DNA of 26,829 nt, taken from the IMG/VR virus record IMGVR_UViG_3300023281_000932, positions 1-26,829 of that record; one strand, 5' to 3'. Origin of the DNA: a virus (taxonomy: Duplodnaviria > Caudoviricetes). The translations under genes and the position numbers were made by a program. Below the pieces are notes generated by a model. It saw only the letters and a program-made list of their open reading frames with translations. It ran no database searches and was not told the origin of the DNA. Shown here one piece after another: positions 1-7,867 of this stretch (within the stretch, counting starts at the first letter, position 1; every line of letters starts with the position of its first letter).

Positions 1-114
1 TACCCCCCGGGAAAAGCGGCCCCACATATATATAAAGGTAAAGTAGGGTGATACGTACTCTCTCACAAATATGTGAGTATTGAGAAAGGGCTGGGGTAAG
101 GCAATAACTAATAC

Positions 115-332
115 CGTATGACAATAACGTTTGACATTATAAAAACGTATGACATATAATGAAGACATGAAAAGAGTAACAACAAGAGAGTTTGTCCGCA
201 ATTTTGGCTCGCTTAAGGGAGAAACGTTCATAGTGATGGACAGAACGAAACCAATTGGTACATACACTCCGTATGACAAAAAAGCTGAATGTATGACAAA
301 ACCTGAGGAGCGTATGACAAAGCGTATGACAA
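115..332 (+). repeat. Cluster of (C/T)GTATGACA direct repeats (operator/iteron-like)
   Basis: Copies start at 115, 146, 270, 290, 311 and 323, plus the variant CGTTTGACA at 128. The copies at 270 and 290 are read in different codon frames (PYDK vs CMTK). Confidence 0.85.
131..160 (+). promoter_or_regulatory. sigma70-type promoter TTGACA-N18-TATAAT
   Basis: Perfect hexamers TTGACA 131-136 and TATAAT 155-160. An in-frame ATG at 167 sits at the expected +1. Confidence 0.8.
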
Positions 333-685
333 ACGTGACTACGCCTGTACAGACGGAGGATAAACCAGTGGTTAAGAATAGTGTGATTGATCAGTTGAGG
401 GCGCAGGTTACGCAGATCGAGAATAGAGGAAAGACTCAGCAGGTTGATTCACCGCCACCGATCCCAGAGATATGGCATAGGGAGGAGTTGGAAGAAGAAG
501 AGGAGGAAGAGAAGTTTGTTAGATGTGAGGTGTGTAAGGAGGGGAGAGCTGAGAAAACGTTTTACGATCCTGGAGATTTTGGTGAAGTGAATATATGTCG
601 GCAATGTGCGAGGAGTAAGTACGCGGGTAGTATGAGAACGTTCGATGGGTATTGGAAGAAGTTACAAGATATTAACGTATATTAA
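167..685 (+). CDS. Putative DNA-binding protein: Phd/YefM antitoxin-like N-domain, acidic linker, C-terminal CxxC...CxxC Zn finger
   Basis: ORF 149..685; the start is more likely ATG 167 because ATG 149 lies inside the promoter. MKRVTTREFVRNF...GETFIVMDRTKPIGTYTP resembles the Phd/YefM fold. A poly-E tract precedes CEVC and CRQC. Confidence 0.6.
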   Translation: MKRVTTREFVRNFGSLKGETFIVMDRTKPIGTYTPYDKKAECMTKPEERMTKRMTNVTTPVQTEDKPVVKNSVIDQLRAQVTQIENRGKTQQVDSPPPIPEIWHREELEEEEEEEKFVRCEVCKEGRAEKTFYDPGDFGEVNICRQCARSKYAGSMRTFDGYWKKLQDINVY

Positions 686-687
686 AT

Positions 688-855
688 ATGGCTAAGAAAA
701 GAAACATAAAGATGCAGGAGTTCCCGAAAGTAGAGAAGAGGGGGAGATATGAGATGAGTGTGGGTCAGGGAAGAAATGCAGATACGATAGCAGCTATGAT
801 GAAGGAGTATAGGGAGACAGGATCTATTGACGAAAAAAAATGGGCAATAAGATAA
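688..855 (+). CDS. Small hypothetical protein (55 aa, not in ORF track)
   Basis: Hand translation gives MAKKRNIKMQEFPKVEKRGRYEMSVGQGRNADTIAAMMKEYRETGSIDEKKWAIR*. It fills the gap between its neighbours. Confidence 0.6.
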   Translation: MAKKRNIKMQEFPKVEKRGRYEMSVGQGRNADTIAAMMKEYRETGSIDEKKWAIR

Positions 856-1412
856 CCAAAAAGGAGAAGGATAAGGCGGACAGGTTCTTCCGTAGTTTGG
901 AAGTGGGAGATAAGAAAGCTTTAGAGGATTGGAAAATATCGCGAGAGAACAGGGACTTCATACTGGCTTTAGAAGCGCACGACGGAGATCCTTATGCGGC
1001 GTTTAAGAGTTTGAATGTGCAGTATCGTAAATGGCCTAAGGAGAAATGTCAGAGTCGCGTAGTGGAGATATTGCGGAGGACGGAGGTGCGTGGTGCGATC
1101 GAGGACGCGTTAAGAAGTTATAAGGTTTTTCCTAGTAGGATTATAGGGATGATAGAGCGGATAGCGAGTACGGCTGATCGGGATACGGACAGATTAAAGG
1201 CGTTAGAGATGTTAGGTAAATGGTGTAGGATATTTAATGAGGATAGTAAAGTTGTGAACGTACATAATAATTTAAACATATCTGAAGATGCAGCAGTCAG
1301 ACTCTTGGAACGAAGACACAAGTTCGATATTGGACAAGGAGGAAAGTTCCTCGGAGTTAACGTCGCGGGAGATACAAGCGATGTTGTGGATGGGGAAACG
1401 GAACCTAATTGA
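840..1412 (+). CDS. terS: Terminase small subunit (putative)
   Basis: Directly upstream of TerL, helical, and carries the DRLKALEMLGK motif typical of TerS oligomerisation regions. Confidence 0.65.
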   Translation: MGNKITKKEKDKADRFFRSLEVGDKKALEDWKISRENRDFILALEAHDGDPYAAFKSLNVQYRKWPKEKCQSRVVEILRRTEVRGAIEDALRSYKVFPSRIIGMIERIASTADRDTDRLKALEMLGKWCRIFNEDSKVVNVHNNLNISEDAAVRLLERRHKFDIGQGGKFLGVNVAGDTSDVVDGETEPN

Positions 1413-2847
1413 TTATTGTGTTTTAACTCAAAAGAACTATAAAAGTAATTGGCATCACGAACTGATAGCCAGGAAGCTACAGAAGGTTGCTATGGGCAAG
1501 TGTAGGCGTTTAATGATCTTCTTACCGCCGAGACATGGGAAAAGCGAGCTAGCTAGTATTAAGTTTCCTGCGTGGTTCTTAGGGAGGTATCCGAATAAAA
1601 GCATTATTAGTTGTTCGTATTCAGCTGATTTAGCAGAAGACTTTGGTAGATATACTAGATCACAGGTTGATACGGAAGTGCATAGAAAGATATTCCCTGA
1701 ATGTCAACTTTTAACTGGAAGTAAATCTGCTACCAGATGGAAGGTTTCTACTAGAGGAGGTTATAGAGGAACTGGTGTAGGTGGTTCGATTACGGGGGCA
1801 GGTGCAGATGTTCTGATTATTGATGATCCAATTAAGAATAGAGAAGAAGCAGAGTCAGAAACTATTAGGAGAAAGGTTTGGGATTGGTATACCTCAACAG
1901 CTTATACGCGTTTAGAAAAAAACGGATGCGTGATATTGATTATGACCAAGTGGCACGACGATGATCTGGGTGGAAGACTTCTAGAGCTTGAAGGGGAAAA
2001 GGGATACCACTTGAATACAAAGGCTAACCGCTGGGAAAAAACAACTACTACTTATCCGTTAGGTTGTAAAGTTGGTAAGTGGGACGTGCTGCGTTTCCCT
2101 GCTATCGCAACTGAACCTGAGGAGTTCAGGAAAAAAGGAGAAGCTCTTTGGCCACAAAAGTATTCACTGGCAGAACTACTATCCATAAAGGAATCTATTG
2201 GGATACGAGACTGGGGATCGCTCTATCAACAAGATCCAGTTACCGAAGAAGGAAGAGAGTTCAAGGAAGAATGGCTTAGGTACTGGGATACTTTGCCTGA
2301 CAAACTTACTTATGTAACTACTGTCGATCTGGCTATCTCGAAGAAAGACCATGCCGATGATTCGGTTGTTCTTACTGCAGCTATGGACAAGAACGATAGG
2401 ATCTATGTGATCGAATATAAAAACTGGAAAGCAGATCCATCAGAAGTTATTGCTGAAATATATAGACAACAAGGACTTTATGATTCTCGTGTAGCAATTG
2501 AAGCTGTAGGGTACCAGTCCGCGTTAGCCCACTATTTAAAGATTGAAGGAAAGCGTAGAGGAAAATACCTGCATGTCGCACAAATCCATACTAGATCTAA
2601 TAAAGAAACAAAGATCCGTGGACTTATTCCTCTATACGCTAATGGACTTATCTTCCATCCACGGAATAGAGCAGAAGTTCTAGAAGACCAACTTAAAAGA
2701 TTCCCGTCAGGTAAACATGACGATACGATAGATGCACTTGCGATGTCTCTTCCCTACTTGAAACGTCCATTACAGAAATTCCTAGACCCACTTAAGAACT
2801 TAAAGATGCGCTATACTAAGGACGGAAGACCTTATTTTAAGAAGTAA
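1288..2847 (+). CDS. terL: Terminase large subunit
   Basis: Walker A PPRHGKSE, Walker B region GAGADVLIIDDPIKN, IMTKWHDDDL, and RNase H-like nuclease motifs VDLAIS...DDS and HDDTIDA. The true start may be 1381 or 1390. Confidence 0.95.
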   Translation: MQQSDSWNEDTSSILDKEESSSELTSREIQAMLWMGKRNLIDYCVLTQKNYKSNWHHELIARKLQKVAMGKCRRLMIFLPPRHGKSELASIKFPAWFLGRYPNKSIISCSYSADLAEDFGRYTRSQVDTEVHRKIFPECQLLTGSKSATRWKVSTRGGYRGTGVGGSITGAGADVLIIDDPIKNREEAESETIRRKVWDWYTSTAYTRLEKNGCVILIMTKWHDDDLGGRLLELEGEKGYHLNTKANRWEKTTTTYPLGCKVGKWDVLRFPAIATEPEEFRKKGEALWPQKYSLAELLSIKESIGIRDWGSLYQQDPVTEEGREFKEEWLRYWDTLPDKLTYVTTVDLAISKKDHADDSVVLTAAMDKNDRIYVIEYKNWKADPSEVIAEIYRQQGLYDSRVAIEAVGYQSALAHYLKIEGKRRGKYLHVAQIHTRSNKETKIRGLIPLYANGLIFHPRNRAEVLEDQLKRFPSGKHDDTIDALAMSLPYLKRPLQKFLDPLKNLKMRYTKDGRPYFKK

Positions 2848-2876
2848 TTGCGTTTTTGCTAGTTATTTGATATAAT
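2848..2876 (+). promoter_or_regulatory. sigma70-type promoter TTGCGT-N17-TATAAT with extended -10 (TGn)
   Basis: TTGCGT 2848-2853, TG 2868-2869 and TATAAT 2871-2876 lie in the gap upstream of the head genes. Confidence 0.7.
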
Positions 2877-2889
2877 AAACAACAGCGAT

Positions 2890-3153
2890 ATGAGTATTAA
2901 AAAAATCCACGAACGAGCAAATCGTAAAAGAAGGCGCTATGACCATATTGCCTGGGAAGGAATTTGCAAAAAGTGTGGGATTAAAAAATTTATTTTCGGA
3001 CATGATATCCGCAGAGATTACGGAGACGGATACAAGGACATGAGGGACGAAACAATCGAATGCATAAGCCAGGACTGTGCTGGAAAGATTAAGGTCAAAA
3101 ACAAACTACCGCCTTTACGGGCACTTCATTTAATCGATATCAGTAAAAGATAA
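2890..3153 (+). CDS. Small basic Cys-containing (probable Zn-ribbon) protein
   Basis: 87 aa with CKKC and CISQDC pairs, located between TerL and portal. Confidence 0.6.
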   Translation: MSIKKIHERANRKRRRYDHIAWEGICKKCGIKKFIFGHDIRRDYGDGYKDMRDETIECISQDCAGKIKVKNKLPPLRALHLIDISKR

Positions 3154-3155
3154 CT

Positions 3156-5039
3156 ATGGCAAAAATAAACTCCGAAAAACGTACTAGGGCCTTGGATTGG
3201 ATGGTTCAGGTTAACATGGATTTTGATAACCTTACCATGAGGCTAAGAAACAAATGGCTTGATTGGTACAGAATGTACCGAGTATTTGAGAACCAGGAAA
3301 GATTACCTGGTCAGTCTAACATTTTCATTCCAAAGATTTTTGAAATCATTGAGAAGAAAGTACCACCAGTAATAGCTAAGGATCCTAAGTTTATTGTTAC
3401 TCCTAGGACTAACGAAGCAACAACATATGTAGGGGCTATTCGTGATGCTTTAAACTTTTGGTGGGACGAAGATGGGATGCAGGAAAAACTAGAGACATGG
3501 GTTAAAGACGCGTTTATATACGGAGTTGGTTTCTTAAAAGTAGATTGGTACCAAGAAACAAAGATTCAAACATCTGTTGAAGTTGAGATTGATGATGACG
3601 GGAATGTAGTAGAGAAGGAATATGAAGAGGAAGTTGTTTCGTTTGAACGACCAACTGCAGATCTAATTTCTATATTTGATGTTAAAGTTGACCCAAGAGT
3701 TGAGAACTTTAAAGAAGGTGTTGGAGTTTTACAAACATTACCAAACATGAGGTTCGGAGATTTATTAAAGTTAGATCCTGAACAATACGACTTATCAGAA
3801 ATCAAAGGTTTGAATCCAGAAGAACTACATGACTCAGGGTTTACAAGTACTCAGGAGCAAGAACAAGAGTGGGATAAAGGGATTAATGATGTAAGTGAAA
3901 GAATAGATAAAAACAAAATTACCCTACAGGAATACTGGGGGCAGTTTTCTAAAAGTGGTAAAGCTAAAGACGAAAGAGAGTATGTAATTACCGCAGTTGT
4001 TGTGGGGGGAATTCCTCGTTACATTATAAGATGTGAAGTAAACGAACTAGGATTTAGACCGTTTGTAAAAATGGACGACAGAAAAATCAGAGGAGAGTTT
4101 TATTCAGTAGGAGAGGTTGAACCATTAGAAGGATTGCAGGTTGAGTATAACAACTTAAGGAATGCAAGACTTGATTTCAACAATGCTGTTAATTTCCCTG
4201 AATGGATCTACAATATAAATGCTGGAATCAATCCTGCGAATTTAGTACATAGACCAAACAATATTATACCAGTGGACTTACCACTAGGTTCAGATATTAG
4301 AGGAGTGATTAGACCAGTAGAAAAACCGATACAACCAATGAGTGGGTATAATGAAGAAGCGCAACTGAACAGAGATTTCCAAACTGTATCACAGACTGTA
4401 GACTTTACTGATCGAGGTGGATCAGCAGGATTTACTAATACCGCTCGTGGTATTCTTGCTAGAGATGCGCAGGTTAATACACAGGTTAATAATATAGTTA
4501 AACATTTAGAGTCTTCAATAGCAGAGCTTGGGGAGATGTGGCTTGCACTAGCAGAAAACTTTGCAGAAGAATCAGAAGCTATAGTTGTTAGAAGACCAAG
4601 AACAGAAGCAGACTTTGAAAAAGATAAAATCTCACTAGAAGATGCTCCACAAAAATTCACAAAAATAGATACAGAAGTCTTAGGAGATGCGCTACATAAC
4701 TACCAAGTAAAGATAGAAGCAGGTTCAACTACGGCTTACGACTCTAGAGGGAAAGCTCAAGACGCAGTTAACATTGCTAATACTGCAGTTCAATACGCAG
4801 CTGTAGGAGTTCCAGTTAATCTAACAAAGATATTTAAAGACATACTAAGAGATTCATTCCAAAAATCTAATCCAGAATCTTACTTGATGGAAACTCCGCA
4901 ACAAGCAGGATTGGAAAATGCATTAGCAGAACAAATGATAGGTGGTGGAATACCAGAGGCAGGAAACGCTTTAAGGTCGCAAGGTGCGCCTATAACAAAC
5001 AAGGCTCCATTACAACCGTCACAGCCTAGCAACTACTAA
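3156..5039 (+). CDS. Portal protein (P22/podovirus-like)
   Basis: 627 aa after TerL, with podovirus-portal-like motifs NIFIPKIFEIIE, DAFIYGVGFLKVDW, PFVK...GEFYSVGEVEPLEGLQ and TARGI, and a Q/P-rich tail. Confidence 0.9.
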   Translation: MAKINSEKRTRALDWMVQVNMDFDNLTMRLRNKWLDWYRMYRVFENQERLPGQSNIFIPKIFEIIEKKVPPVIAKDPKFIVTPRTNEATTYVGAIRDALNFWWDEDGMQEKLETWVKDAFIYGVGFLKVDWYQETKIQTSVEVEIDDDGNVVEKEYEEEVVSFERPTADLISIFDVKVDPRVENFKEGVGVLQTLPNMRFGDLLKLDPEQYDLSEIKGLNPEELHDSGFTSTQEQEQEWDKGINDVSERIDKNKITLQEYWGQFSKSGKAKDEREYVITAVVVGGIPRYIIRCEVNELGFRPFVKMDDRKIRGEFYSVGEVEPLEGLQVEYNNLRNARLDFNNAVNFPEWIYNINAGINPANLVHRPNNIIPVDLPLGSDIRGVIRPVEKPIQPMSGYNEEAQLNRDFQTVSQTVDFTDRGGSAGFTNTARGILARDAQVNTQVNNIVKHLESSIAELGEMWLALAENFAEESEAIVVRRPRTEADFEKDKISLEDAPQKFTKIDTEVLGDALHNYQVKIEAGSTTAYDSRGKAQDAVNIANTAVQYAAVGVPVNLTKIFKDILRDSFQKSNPESYLMETPQQAGLENALAEQMIGGGIPEAGNALRSQGAPITNKAPLQPSQPSNY

Positions 5040-5048
5040 CATATATAT

Positions 5049-5348
5049 ATGAATATAACTCAATGGAAAGAAAGGATGCGAGTAGCTAAAGAGAGAAAAG
5101 TTATTGATAATATACAGGAGAAGTTGGCTTTAGAAATAAATACCAAGGCTAAAAACTTAAGGGCTTTGTCTAGGACTCCGGGTTGGAGATATCTAGACGA
5201 ATACTTCGAGCACAAAGAAAAACTCTTGAGAGATAAGTTAGAATTGTGTAAAAAGGAAGAGCTAGTAGACGTACAGTCTGAGCTTAAAGCAGAGAAAGAG
5301 TTAAGACGTTTTATTGAAAACGCAGTTAAGTATGTTGATAATCAGTAG
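5049..5348 (+). CDS. Small helical protein following portal
   Basis: 99 aa, coiled-coil, with an L..TPGW..L motif, in the position common to small portal-adjacent genes. Confidence 0.7.
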   Translation: MNITQWKERMRVAKERKVIDNIQEKLALEINTKAKNLRALSRTPGWRYLDEYFEHKEKLLRDKLELCKKEELVDVQSELKAEKELRRFIENAVKYVDNQ

Positions 5349-5353
5349 TGGCG

Positions 5354-5385
5354 TGAAACTTGCCTAAACTCCAAGGTAGGTTTCA
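5354..5385 (+). promoter_or_regulatory. Stem-loop in the scaffold gene leader
   Basis: TGAAACTTGCCT (5354-5365) pairs with AGGTAGGTTTCA (5374-5385): 12 bp with 2 G-U pairs and an 8-nt loop. Confidence 0.55.
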
Positions 5386-5408
5386 ATCTATTACTTAATC
5401 AAATACAC

Positions 5409-6101
5409 ATGTCAGAAGAAGAAAACTTGGAGTCAAACGACCAACCCGTAAAGGAGTCAGACCAACCAGAAGTAAATTCTAACGACGAGGAAGACAACCT
5501 CGACGAAGATCAACCTCAAGCAGAGGAATCAGACGAAGAGGAAAGTATCCCGGAAGCCGAGTTAAAGGCGGGATATATGCGTCAGTCAGACTACACTAAG
5601 AAGACGCAGGAGCTTGCAGAAATGCGTAAAGAAATCGAAGCTCTTAAAAAACACGCGACAGTTAAGCCAAAAGCAAAGCTTTCCCCTGAATACGAAAAAG
5701 CCAGACAAACTATGAGAAGTCTTGGATTTCTTAGTAAGGAAGATATGGCAGAAGAATTCAGACGCATGGGCGCAAAAAAGGAAATGGCTAGCGATGCAAA
5801 ACGGCTTAGTGTCTCAGAGGATATTATTGGAGCTGCTCGCCACTTACAAGCCAGTAAGGGGATGAAAGGTGAAACAATCAGTATCGATGACGCTGTCAAC
5901 ATTTTAGCTCAAGGAGCACGAACCAAGAAAGTTGTGAAAAGAAAGTCGGTTGGTGCCAAAGGGGGTAGTGCTTCCGCTCCTAAGAAATCAAGTAGTCAGA
6001 TTGACCTATCAGAGTTCAGAAAGCTAGATCCTAATTCGGATAAGTATTCGAAGGTGATAAAGGATTGGAGAGCCGGAAAACTCAAAATCATTAACAACTA
6101 A
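5409..6101 (+). CDS. Capsid scaffolding protein
   Basis: Very acidic N-terminus, the YMRQSDYTKKTQELAE scaffold-type motif and a coiled coil, upstream of the capsid gene. Confidence 0.85.
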   Translation: MSEEENLESNDQPVKESDQPEVNSNDEEDNLDEDQPQAEESDEEESIPEAELKAGYMRQSDYTKKTQELAEMRKEIEALKKHATVKPKAKLSPEYEKARQTMRSLGFLSKEDMAEEFRRMGAKKEMASDAKRLSVSEDIIGAARHLQASKGMKGETISIDDAVNILAQGARTKKVVKRKSVGAKGGSASAPKKSSSQIDLSEFRKLDPNSDKYSKVIKDWRAGKLKIINN

Positions 6102-6106
6102 TTATT

Positions 6107-6499
6107 ATGATGAATTATACATTTCCTGGTGTAGGAGACATAAGTGATGCAGCTACAACAATTCACTTAGCTTATGTCGCTCCATATGCAGGAAGACTAA
6201 GCATTGCAGAATCTACTTTTATGTGGACAGAGGCAACAGGAACACAATCAGGTACTCAAGGAGTTATAGCAATTGAAGTTGCGGGAACAGAATATGCTAC
6301 AATAACAGCCCCTCAGTCAGCAGCTATTGGTACTGCTCAACACTATACTCTTGTTGAAAGTGGAGACACTGAAGAAGGCAACCCAGTGGTTTACTTTGAC
6401 GCAGGTGATACTATTGCGCTGGTAACAAAAACCCAAGCTGCAGGAGGAACAATTATTGGGGATGGTACTGCCTACCTAGCAATTACTTTTGCTGCCTAA
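6107..6499 (+). CDS. Beta-rich virion accessory protein (decoration-like)
   Basis: 130 aa, T/A/G-rich, with a beta-sandwich-like pattern (APYAGRL...FDAGDTI), located between scaffold and MCP. Confidence 0.5.
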   Translation: MMNYTFPGVGDISDAATTIHLAYVAPYAGRLSIAESTFMWTEATGTQSGTQGVIAIEVAGTEYATITAPQSAAIGTAQHYTLVESGDTEEGNPVVYFDAGDTIALVTKTQAAGGTIIGDGTAYLAITFAA

Positions 6500-6523
6500 C
6501 TATTAATTAATATAAAATAAACT

Positions 6524-7348
6524 ATGCCTAATATAACAAATACTACTGCAGACGTTTTCTTGGCGGAAGTCTTCAGTAAAGAAGTAATCAGAGAAACAAA
6601 CCCAAAATTAGTTTTAGCTAAACTCGTTAAAAGATTTGACGATGAAGCTAGAATGGGGAATGACTCTATCAGTGTGCCGACAATTACAAACTTTGTTGCA
6701 AACGATAAGGTTTCTAATGTACCAGTTTCATTCCAAGCGAATACAGAAACTGATATTATAATCACAATCGACCAACATAAAGAAACATCTTTCTTACTGG
6801 AAGATATTACTGAGTTACAATCTAAACAAGATTTAATGGCTCACTACACAGACGCAGCATCTACTGCTATTGCAAGAGCAATTGATTCTTCACTTGCAGC
6901 ATTAGCTTTAGGTTTCTCAACAGCGACTGGTGTTTACAATACAGCTATTACTACTGACGTAGTTCTAAACTCAATTGAGGCTTTAGACCTTGCTGATTGT
7001 CCTGAAGACGACAGATCATTTGTTTTTAGATCAGATGTTAAAAGAGATCTACTAGATCTTGCAGCTTACACATCTAGCGATTTTGTAGGAGGAAAACCAA
7101 CTGAATCTGGAAATATCGGTAGACTTTATGGTGTAGACACATTCATGTCTAACAACTTAATCTTTACTGGTGGTACTAACAGAAACAATATGTTGTTCCA
7201 CAAAGATGCGTTAGCATTAGCTATGGCTCAACAACCTAGAGCGCAAGCTGAATATTCTGTTTCTCAACTTGGACACGAACTAGTTGTAGATACAGTTTAC
7301 GGTGTGCGTGAACTAAGAGATGACTTCGGAGTTTTAGTAAGAACTTAA
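6524..7348 (+). CDS. Major capsid protein (HK97 fold, P22/T7-like coat)
   Basis: Motifs EVFSKEV, GNDSISVP, IIITIDQ, AIARAIDS, LDLADCPEDDR, GNIGRLYGVDTFMSNN, FHKDALALA and DTVYGVRELR. Confidence 0.9.
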   Translation: MPNITNTTADVFLAEVFSKEVIRETNPKLVLAKLVKRFDDEARMGNDSISVPTITNFVANDKVSNVPVSFQANTETDIIITIDQHKETSFLLEDITELQSKQDLMAHYTDAASTAIARAIDSSLAALALGFSTATGVYNTAITTDVVLNSIEALDLADCPEDDRSFVFRSDVKRDLLDLAAYTSSDFVGGKPTESGNIGRLYGVDTFMSNNLIFTGGTNRNNMLFHKDALALAMAQQPRAQAEYSVSQLGHELVVDTVYGVRELRDDFGVLVRT

Positions 7349-7353
7349 TAGTC

Positions 7354-7394
7354 TTTTCATATGGTGGGGATGTTCGAGTCCCTACCTATGAGAA
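7354..7394 (+). terminator. Long stem-loop after the MCP gene (terminator or mRNA stabiliser)
   Basis: TTTTCATA-T-GGTGGGGA pairs with TCCCTACC-TATGAGAA using G-U pairs. The sequence after it is AT-rich but has no clean U-tract. Confidence 0.6.
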
Positions 7395-7413
7395 TATTAT
7401 TTAATAAAATGTT

Positions 7414-7797
7414 ATGAAAAAATTAGACACATCTACTGCTTGGGTTGAAAACTCAAAAGGAATGGTTTCAGCTGTACCACAATATTTAGCTGACTATTTC
7501 GTAGGAACTAGACCTGGTTGGAGGTACGCTTCACCAGAAGAAGTTTCTGATGTCAAGCAATATCCTGCAGATATGGAGCTAACAGAACTGGGAGTAAAAA
7601 GAAGAAAAAGAGCAGCTGAAGTTGCAGCTATTAAGGTTGAAAAAAAGGCTGAAGAAAAAGCAAAGATGGACGCAGTAGAAGAAAAAACTGACGGCCTAAC
7701 ATACAAAGAACTACAAGCGTTAGCTAAAGAGAAAGGTGTTCCTAACTACTGGTCAAAGAAAAGCGAAACTTTAAAAGAAGAGCTAGGTATGCTATAA
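7414..7797 (+). CDS. Protein with C-terminal Rho-N/HeH-like helical domain
   Basis: C-terminal LTYKELQALAKEKGVPNYWSKKSETLKEEL; such genes commonly follow phage MCP genes. Confidence 0.65.
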   Translation: MKKLDTSTAWVENSKGMVSAVPQYLADYFVGTRPGWRYASPEEVSDVKQYPADMELTELGVKRRKRAAEVAAIKVEKKAEEKAKMDAVEEKTDGLTYKELQALAKEKGVPNYWSKKSETLKEELGML

Positions 7798-7867
7798 TAA
7801 GGACAATTAGTTGGCGCGGATGGAAAGCTCGTCAAGTACTACATAATCAAAATTTAACCCAAAAACT

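Noticed and set aside
115-332. Repeats considered as a CRISPR mini-array
   Set aside because: The units are only 9-10 bp with irregular spacing (12 to 124 bp), unlike repeat-spacer architecture.
393-401. AGTTGAGGG complementary to the candidate sRNA segment CCCTCAACT (23086-23094)
   Set aside because: A single 9-nt match found post hoc in 27 kb is within chance expectation.
7365-7385. GTTCGAGTCCC resembling a tRNA T-loop (possible tRNA or attP)
   Set aside because: No D-arm, anticodon arm or acceptor stem can be built, and the sequence is explained as the apex of the post-MCP hairpin.
7811-7835. Weak hairpin TTGGCG...CGTCAA in the intergenic gap
   Set aside because: Only ~6 bp with a G-U pair and no U-tract, too weak to call.
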